From a bacterium (lineage in GTDB: Bacteria > UBA8248), in contig CBDBZU010000004.1 in assembly GCA_965213625.1 (NCBI GenBank), positions 512,001 to 576,000 on the forward strand: 64,000 bases of DNA, read 5' to 3'. The position numbers and the translations under genes are program-made. This document shows, piece by piece, positions 57,761 through 64,000 of the stretch; positions within the stretch are counted from its first letter, which is position 1, and the number at the start of each line of letters is the position of its first letter. The notes below the pieces were generated by a model, which saw nothing but the letters and a program-made list of their open reading frames with translations, made no database searches and had not been told where the DNA came from.

Positions 57761-57796
57761 ACTTGGATTCATACAGTCAACATACTTGGATTCATA
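57761..57796. promoter_or_regulatory. 13-bp direct repeat (ACTTGGATTCATA x2), candidate regulator site
   Basis: Exact copies at 57761-57773 and 57784-57796, between the divergent FAS cluster and PAC2 gene. Confidence 0.5.
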
Positions 57797-57819
57797 TGCG
57801 GCACAGGGGGGGCAAACAA

Positions 57820-58707
57820 ATGGAACACCTCGATATCAAGGAAACGCCGAAGCTAAGAGACCCCGCACTCCTCATGGCCTTCGCAGGCTGGAACGACGCC
57901 AGCAGCTCCGCCACGACCGCCGCGAGCTTCATTACCGAGAAGATGGGAGGTTCGGAATTCGCCCAAATCGATTCCGACCCCTTCTATAATTTTCAGGACA
58001 TGCGGCCCCACGTGAGCCTCGATGATGGCAGCCGCCGGAAAATCACATGGCCCTCGAACACGTTCTACGCATGTGAGACGCCGAACCTCGAACACGACGT
58101 GGTGGTGTTCCTGGGTGTGGAGCCTCATCTGCAATGGGGGCGCTTTTCAAAAATCATCCTGTCCATGGTGCGCGAATGCCGGGTGCGGATGGCCGTGACG
58201 GTGGGGGCCCTGCTCGCCGACGTCTATCACCGAAGCCGCGTCCGGATCACAGGCACTTCCACGAACCCGGAGCTGGCCTCGGAACTGGGCCTCAGACCCT
58301 CACGCTATGAGGGACCCACCGGTATCGTCGGCGTGCTGAACAATCTGTTCCGCGACGAAAATCTGCCCGCCGTCAGCGTCTGGGCGAATGTGCCCCACTA
58401 CGTGAACGTGACCCCCAACCCGAAAGCGGCGCTCGCCCTGGTTGAGCGGCTCAGCGAATTTCTCTCTTACCCGCTCAATCTCTCCGAACTCGAGGCGGGC
58501 GCGCATGAATTCGAGGAGAAAGTGGACGAGGCGCTCGAGAAAAACAAGTCGGTGAGAGACTACGTGGAACAACTCAAGCTCAGAGACGATGGATTCGATG
58601 AAGAACCCCAGCCGGGCGAACTTCCCTCAGGCGATGAACTAGCCAGGGAGTTGGAGCGTTTTCTGAGAAACCGGGGCGCCGATGAAGATGCGCCCGAGGA
58701 AAAATAG
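57820..58707 (+). CDS. PAC2 family protein (proteasome assembly chaperone-like)
   Basis: AFAGWNDA, GVEPHLQW, YEGPTGIVGVL, WANVPHYV…PNPKAALAL, ELARELERFLR. Confidence 0.9.
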   Translation: MEHLDIKETPKLRDPALLMAFAGWNDASSSATTAASFITEKMGGSEFAQIDSDPFYNFQDMRPHVSLDDGSRRKITWPSNTFYACETPNLEHDVVVFLGVEPHLQWGRFSKIILSMVRECRVRMAVTVGALLADVYHRSRVRITGTSTNPELASELGLRPSRYEGPTGIVGVLNNLFRDENLPAVSVWANVPHYVNVTPNPKAALALVERLSEFLSYPLNLSELEAGAHEFEEKVDEALEKNKSVRDYVEQLKLRDDGFDEEPQPGELPSGDELARELERFLRNRGADEDAPEEK

Positions 58708-58804
58708 GGAAATTTGTTTTGCCCTGCATGGGCGATTCCGCAAGCAACCCAGGTAAATTTTGGCGGCGCGCCGTTTCGCTTTCAGCCGGAGGCTCAGAGC
58801 GCGC

Positions 58805-59407
58805 CTAAGCGGACCTCCAGCTTTTGAGGACGGCCTCTTTCACCAGATTCCTCAGGCCCGCGGCATCCACCGGCTTGGGGAGGCAATACGCCGCGCCCAT
58901 GTCCAGGATACGCTTTCGTTCGTCCCCATCGACGCCGCCGAGCGCCACGACGCACGTATCGCCGCCGGTCTCGCCCTGTTTGATCTGGAGGCACACCTCG
59001 TAACCATTCACACTTGAATGATTCAGGTCGAGAATCACGATGTCCGGTTGTGAGGTTGAATAGAGCACGCCAGCCCGGAACCCGTCGTGAGCCACCTGAA
59101 TTTCATAGCCCGGCTCATCGAACGAGAGCGCTTCTTTGAGTGAATCGGCAAGGCCCTGGTCGCCGTTCACAATCAACACCCGGGGAATGCCTCCCTTCTC
59201 CCGGAAAGGATGGGGAATGTCGCGTGATTCCAGAAAGGCGAGAAGCGCCTCTTTTCTCACCCTCCGGTGCCCACCGGGCGTCCGGTGTGCTTGCAGCCAA
59301 CCCTTGTCTATCCAGTTTTGAATCGTGACCGGCGTGACGTCGCAAATTTCCGCGACCTCGAACGTGGTGAACACTTTTTTCCTGGACAACTTTTCCGCGC
59401 TGGACAA
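58805..59407 (-). CDS. MerR/excisionase-like HTH + receiver-domain regulator
   Basis: FTTFEVAEICDV…WIDKG.LQAHRTPGGHRR, then a REC domain (PDIVILDL…LPKP). Confidence 0.87.
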   Translation of the reverse strand: MSSAEKLSRKKVFTTFEVAEICDVTPVTIQNWIDKGWLQAHRTPGGHRRVRKEALLAFLESRDIPHPFREKGGIPRVLIVNGDQGLADSLKEALSFDEPGYEIQVAHDGFRAGVLYSTSQPDIVILDLNHSSVNGYEVCLQIKQGETGGDTCVVALGGVDGDERKRILDMGAAYCLPKPVDAAGLRNLVKEAVLKSWRSA

Positions 59408-59687
59408 TGGCCGCCCCCATTGTGGCTAATGAAATGATGCCGTATTCGCGTTGACTTGATTGCGTAACTCGAAAATTTTTGCAAGAGACTTCTCGCACAT
59501 TGCCACCCGCATTTCAACCGAGGCCAGCGAAACAAGGGGTTCAAAAACGCGGCTCCGGCAGGAGGGGGTGCGAGAGCGTTGTATTTCAAGAGACTCGCCG
59601 TATATTCTGGAGCCATCGAGGACATCGAGTGGATACGCGATAGTCGCGGCCCGGAGAAAATGAAATGACTCCACAGGACAAACGAAA

Positions 59688-60137
59688 ATGAGAGCCGTCG
59701 TTCAACGCGTGAGTGAGGCCAGCGTCCGGGTGGACTCCGTGGTGGTTGGAGAAATCCGGGGCGGACTTCTCGTCTTTGTGGGAGTAGGACGTGAGGATAC
59801 TGAAAAAGACGTCGATTTCCTCGCCGAAAAAATCGTGCATTTAAGGATATTCCCGGACGAGGCGCAGAAGATGAACCTCTCGCTTCTCGACGCAGGAGGC
59901 GCCATGCTCGTCGTCAGCCAGTTCACCCTGCACGGCGATTGCCGAAAGGGGAGGCGTCCCGCCTTCATCTCCGCGGCCCCGCCCGAGCAGGCGGAGCCTC
60001 TTTATGAGCGATTCATCGCGCAAGTCGAAAAACGAGGGGTTCGCGTCGCGGGGGGCCAATTCGGCGCGATGATGGATGTGGCGCTCGTAAACGACGGGCC
60101 CGTCACCTTGCTGCTGGATTCGAAGGGCGCGTTTTAA
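59688..60137 (+). CDS. dtd: D-aminoacyl-tRNA deacylase
   Basis: [25 protein letters not shown]. Confidence 0.96.
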   Translation: MRAVVQRVSEASVRVDSVVVGEIRGGLLVFVGVGREDTEKDVDFLAEKIVHLRIFPDEAQKMNLSLLDAGGAMLVVSQFTLHGDCRKGRRPAFISAAPPEQAEPLYERFIAQVEKRGVRVAGGQFGAMMDVALVNDGPVTLLLDSKGAF

Positions 60138-61054
60138 TGGCTCTCAAGGCGGGAGACGTTCCGCTACTCAAGGAAAAGCTCGACGCGCTCGCCCGGACCT
60201 ATCACGACGAGTATCTCGCCACCGATCCACTCGGCCTTGCACACGCCTACCAGGGTGCGCGGGATCGCGAGGTCGCGGCGTTTCTAAGCGCATCGCTGGC
60301 CTTCGGCAACGCCTCCGCCATACGGATGAGCGTAAAGCGCGTCATGGAGCGTCTGGGTCCTCGGCCCGCCGCCGCGCTGCGCCGTCTCCGTCCAGAGGAA
60401 AGCACCCGCCTCTTCGAAGGCCTCTACCACCGGTGGGTGGGGCCCGAGGCCATCGGGGCTCTCGCCCAGGCGATCGGCTCCGCGCTCAGGAGCGAGGGCT
60501 CGCTCGAAGCCTTGTTTCTCAAAGGCTACCGCGCAGATGAGGAAACCCTCCAGGGGGCGCTCGTCAGTTTCAGGGAGCACCTGCTCCGCTCCCTCCCTTC
60601 CACTCGTTCAAACACGAGAATCGAGCGCGGGGTCCGCTATCTCCTGCCCGATCCCGAGAGTGGCAGCGCGTGCAAGCGGCTCCACCTGTATCTACGGTGG
60701 ATGGTGCGGCCCGATGACGGGCTGGACCTGGGTCTCTGGAAACGGCCCAAAACACACCAGCTCATCATCCCGCTCGACACCCACATCGCGCGCATCGGGC
60801 GCCTGCTGGGACTCACCGACAGGAAGACGCCCGACCTCAAGATGGCGCTCGAGATCACCAGAAACTTAAAGCGCATCGATCCGGACGATCCGGTACGCTA
60901 CGATTTCGCCATCTCGCGGATGGGAATCCTCAAACATTGCCCGAGCAAGCGAAACGTAACACTCTGCGCGGGCTGCCCTCTGCAGGATTCCTGCCGCTAC
61001 TGGCGCCGTCTGCCCCGGCGAAGAAAAGACGCCGCGCTGCAGGCGCGCGGGTGA
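60137..61054 (+). CDS. TIGR02757/DUF2400 family protein (HhH-GPD-like)
   Basis: SACKRLHLYLRWMVR…DLGLW…IPLDTH…DPDDPVRYDFA; C-terminal Cys cluster. Confidence 0.9.
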   Translation: MALKAGDVPLLKEKLDALARTYHDEYLATDPLGLAHAYQGARDREVAAFLSASLAFGNASAIRMSVKRVMERLGPRPAAALRRLRPEESTRLFEGLYHRWVGPEAIGALAQAIGSALRSEGSLEALFLKGYRADEETLQGALVSFREHLLRSLPSTRSNTRIERGVRYLLPDPESGSACKRLHLYLRWMVRPDDGLDLGLWKRPKTHQLIIPLDTHIARIGRLLGLTDRKTPDLKMALEITRNLKRIDPDDPVRYDFAISRMGILKHCPSKRNVTLCAGCPLQDSCRYWRRLPRRRKDAALQARG

Positions 61055-61127
61055 ACAACGGGGGCGGTTGCCGCCGTGCAGACCCTGGGATACCTTGCCA
61101 CCGACACTGATTCGGGAGATTCAACAC

Positions 61128-62033
61128 GTGGCGACGAACATAGAACGCATCGCATTGACGGCATGGGCGGAGGCGCAAAAAAGCCCGCTTGACTTCACCA
61201 GCCTCACCGCCTGGCTGAAAGAAAGGGGTTTCGAAGTCCACCTCGATCTGGATACGGCCCGGATGGCGGGAGAGGAAACGGGCGCTGCGCGCGAGGAAGT
61301 CGTCAAGCGCGCCGATCTGGTTATCGTCTTCGGCGGCGACGGCTCCATGCTGCGCACCGCGCACAACATCGGGGAGGAATCCCCCCTCCTTCTGGGCATC
61401 AACACCGGACATCTGGGCTTTCTGGCCGACATTCCCCAGGCCGAACTCTACCCGGCACTCGAGCGAATCCTGATCAAAAAGGAATTTTCCATCGAATCGC
61501 GCATGCGGCTCGGCGCCAAGGTGCTTAAGAATGGAGGCGCGCCTCCTTTGCTGGCCGATTCGCTGAACGACATCGTGCTCACCACCGGGCCACTGGCACG
61601 CATGGTCGAATATGAGATTCAGATGGAAGGAAGGCAGCTTGGCTATTTCCGCGCCGACGGCCTCATCGTCGCCACACCCACAGGCTCCACTGCCTATTCG
61701 CTCTCCGCGGGCGGGCCGCTCGTGCTGCCCGACCTGAACGTGATGCTCATCAACCCGATATGCCCGCACACGCTCAGCAACCGGCCCATCGTCGTCCCCG
61801 CCGAGACGGCACTGGAAATCACCATCTTCCCGGATACAGAAGCCGAGGGACGAGAGGTTTTACTCACGCTCGACGGCTTTCCCGGTTGCGAGCTCGAGGC
61901 CGGTGATTCAGTGAAAATTAGGAAAAGCCGCACCCCCGTGCGCATCATCAGGCCCAAGGGGGCGGATTTCTTTCAGACTCTCCGAGAAAAACTCTTGTGG
62001 GAGACCCACCCGCGCGGCGGGCGGAAAACGTAA
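61128..62033 (+). CDS. nadK: NAD(+) kinase
   Basis: GGDGS, GHLGFL, LND, DGLIVATPTGSTAYSLSAGGP. Confidence 0.95.
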   Translation: MATNIERIALTAWAEAQKSPLDFTSLTAWLKERGFEVHLDLDTARMAGEETGAAREEVVKRADLVIVFGGDGSMLRTAHNIGEESPLLLGINTGHLGFLADIPQAELYPALERILIKKEFSIESRMRLGAKVLKNGGAPPLLADSLNDIVLTTGPLARMVEYEIQMEGRQLGYFRADGLIVATPTGSTAYSLSAGGPLVLPDLNVMLINPICPHTLSNRPIVVPAETALEITIFPDTEAEGREVLLTLDGFPGCELEAGDSVKIRKSRTPVRIIRPKGADFFQTLREKLLWETHPRGGRKT

Positions 62034-62039
62034 TCCCCG

Positions 62040-63752
62040 ATGCTCCGCCTCCTCAAGATCACGAATTTCGCCATCATCGACGACCTGGAAATCGCCTTCG
62101 GTTCCGGCCTGAACGTCCTGACGGGCGAGACGGGTGCGGGGAAATCCATCATTTTTGGCGCCTTGAACCTCACGCTGGGCGCGCGCGCAGGAGGCGACCT
62201 CGTCCGCGGGGGTGCGAAAGAGGCCGTCGTCGAATCGCTCTTCGATATACCGGACACTGCGGGCGGCCTCGCGGCGCGTTCCCTGCTCGAAGATGCGGGC
62301 GTGGAAATCGAGGGCGGCGAACTCATCGTGCGGCGCCGTGTGGCGCAGGCGGGCAGAAGCCGCATCTATCTGAACGGCGTACTTGGCACCGCTTCGCTGC
62401 TCTCCCGGGTGGGCGAGCGCCTCGTGAACATCCACGGCCAACACGCGCACCAAAGCCTCCTGCGCCCCGCATCCCACCTGGGGCTTCTGGATGATTTCGC
62501 ACAAACGAGCAGAGAAAGAAACGCCTTAGGCGAGATGGTACGCGAACTCAATTCCGCCGAGGAAGAACTAGGCGCGCACCGCGAGGGTGTTCGCGAGCGC
62601 GCCCAGAGGGCGGACCTCCTGCGCTTCCAGGTGGAGGAACTCGAAAAAGCCGCGCTGCGCGCAGGTGAACTTGCTGAGATCGAAGCCGAACTGCCGAGAC
62701 TCAGAAACGCGGGCCGCCTGATAGAAGGCGCCGCCTCTGTCTATGAGCGGCTATACGAGGCGGAAGGGTCGATTGTCGAGAAAACGGGTGAAATCCAGCG
62801 CGAACTCGATGGCATGTGTGAGCTGGATGAATCGCTGGGTACTCTTTCCGGGGAAGCCGCATCCGCCCAGGCGCAACTGGAAAGCCTCGCCGATTCGCTC
62901 CGCGATTATGCGGAAGGAATCGAGCACGACCCCGAACGCCTGGAAGCCCTGGAAGCCAGGCGCGCGCTGGTACGCGAGATGATCAGGAAATACGGGAGCG
63001 ATGAGGCCGAATGCCTCGCGTATCTTGAGGAATGCAGGAACCAACTCGCCATCGTCTCGGATGAAGAAGGAACCGAGGCGCGCCTCGTGGATGCGCGTGA
63101 CGCACTAAAGAGTGACCTCACGAAAACCGCCCTCGCCCTGTCCGAGAAAAGGGCGCGCGCCGCGATAAGTCTGGATGCGCGCATGGAAGAGGCCCTGGCC
63201 GAACTGGGCCTTGCGGGCGCGAAGTTCCAGACGATCATCACGCACTCAGAAGACCCCGAGGGCTTCATCAAAATGGACGGACGCACTGTGGCCGTTCGCG
63301 CCGACGGCGTCGACCGCGCGCAATTTCATTTCTCGCCCAATCCCGGCGAGCCGCCGAGGTCTCTGAGCCGCGTCGCCTCGGGCGGTGAACTCTCGCGGTT
63401 GATGCTGGCCCTGGAATCCGTCCTGAGGCGCGCCGACCTGATACCCACCCTCATCTTCGATGAAGTGGATGCAGGCATCGGCGGAGCCGTGGCCGAGGTT
63501 GTGGGCAGAAAACTGAAAGGTGTATCGGCGAGCCATCAGGTGCTCGTCGTAACCCACCTGCCGCAGGTCGCGAGTCTGGGCAATCGGCACTTCCGGGTGG
63601 AAAAGCACGTAGCTGGAGAGCGCACGCAGACGCGCGTCGAAGTATTGGATGACGAAGAGCGCGTGGAGGAGATCGCCCGCATGGGAACGGGGCTGGAGAT
63701 CACCGACGCGGCACGAGAACACGCGAGAGAGATGCTGGGAAAGGCGGAATGA
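62040..63752 (+). CDS. recN: DNA repair protein RecN
   Basis: TGETGAGKS, IHGQH, ASGGELSR, FDEVDAGIGG, THLPQVA. Confidence 0.97.
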   Translation: MLRLLKITNFAIIDDLEIAFGSGLNVLTGETGAGKSIIFGALNLTLGARAGGDLVRGGAKEAVVESLFDIPDTAGGLAARSLLEDAGVEIEGGELIVRRRVAQAGRSRIYLNGVLGTASLLSRVGERLVNIHGQHAHQSLLRPASHLGLLDDFAQTSRERNALGEMVRELNSAEEELGAHREGVRERAQRADLLRFQVEELEKAALRAGELAEIEAELPRLRNAGRLIEGAASVYERLYEAEGSIVEKTGEIQRELDGMCELDESLGTLSGEAASAQAQLESLADSLRDYAEGIEHDPERLEALEARRALVREMIRKYGSDEAECLAYLEECRNQLAIVSDEEGTEARLVDARDALKSDLTKTALALSEKRARAAISLDARMEEALAELGLAGAKFQTIITHSEDPEGFIKMDGRTVAVRADGVDRAQFHFSPNPGEPPRSLSRVASGGELSRLMLALESVLRRADLIPTLIFDEVDAGIGGAVAEVVGRKLKGVSASHQVLVVTHLPQVASLGNRHFRVEKHVAGERTQTRVEVLDDEERVEEIARMGTGLEITDAAREHAREMLGKAE

Positions 63753-63864
63753 GGGAGAACGCCGAAGGCTGTGCGACCGCCACTGCGCCGGACATTCGCC
63801 TCTTAGGGCAGGTGTGCTAAAATGATAATCGCGACTCCTTGCAAACCAACAGGAGAACGCTGAA

Positions 63865-64000
63865 ATGAACGACATCCGGTTCGACACGCTGAAAGCCGCC
63901 CGCGATCTGAAAGCCGCCGGTATGGATGAAGCCCACGCCGAAGCCATCGTTGCGACGATGGGCCGCGCCATGGGCGAGAACCTGGCCACCAAGAACGACA
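63865..64000 (+). CDS. DUF1640/CCDC90-like coiled-coil protein, 3'-truncated by window edge
   Basis: AGGAG RBS; MNDIRFDTLKAARDLKAAGMDEAHAEAIV…LATKND. Confidence 0.75.
   Translation, partial: MNDIRFDTLKAARDLKAAGMDEAHAEAIVATMGRAMGENLATKND

Noticed and set aside
1-64000. tRNA, rRNA or riboswitch genes
   Set aside because: No cloverleaf or rRNA signature was recognised by eye; a tRNAscan/Infernal scan would be needed to exclude small RNAs.

Overview
GC-rich bacterial chromosome segment. Gene content and a terminal DUF1640-like ORF suggest a Deltaproteobacteria/Nitrospinota-Tectomicrobia-like organism, possibly host-associated; this is inference only. (1) 1-8.2 kb is a mobile defence islet: the 3' part of an IS66 transposase and a DUF4338 (DruA-like) passenger inside the IS66 right end, an AbiE toxin-antitoxin pair, an OLD nuclease + UvrD (Gabija-like) pair, extra IS66 ends with a 236-bp IS66 MITE, and three diverged ~100-140 bp intergenic modules. 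(2) An intact IS110/IS1111 element sits at 9680-11057. Its non-coding end carries readable bridge-RNA guides matching both its own circle junction and the REP-like repeat it interrupts; an empty copy of that target lies at ~42.8 kb. (3) Core genes: cytochrome c', lhr, patatin, tatD-radical SAM, metG, PSP1, holB, tmk, a sigma54 two-component pair, CIRCE-hrcA-dnaJ-prmA-rsmE-purD, glgC/glgA, dtd, nadK, recN. (4) An AT-rich solo TIR gene is bracketed by a 169-bp duplication of the 3' end of a phnA-like gene. (5) An 11-gene type II fatty acid/polyketide cluster has an unusually long ACP, two catalytic and two non-canonical ketosynthases and an LpxL-like acyltransferase. GTAG-type REP hairpins are scattered in intergenic DNA. 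No rRNA, tRNA or CRISPR array was seen. All calls come from reading motifs by eye; no database searches were run.
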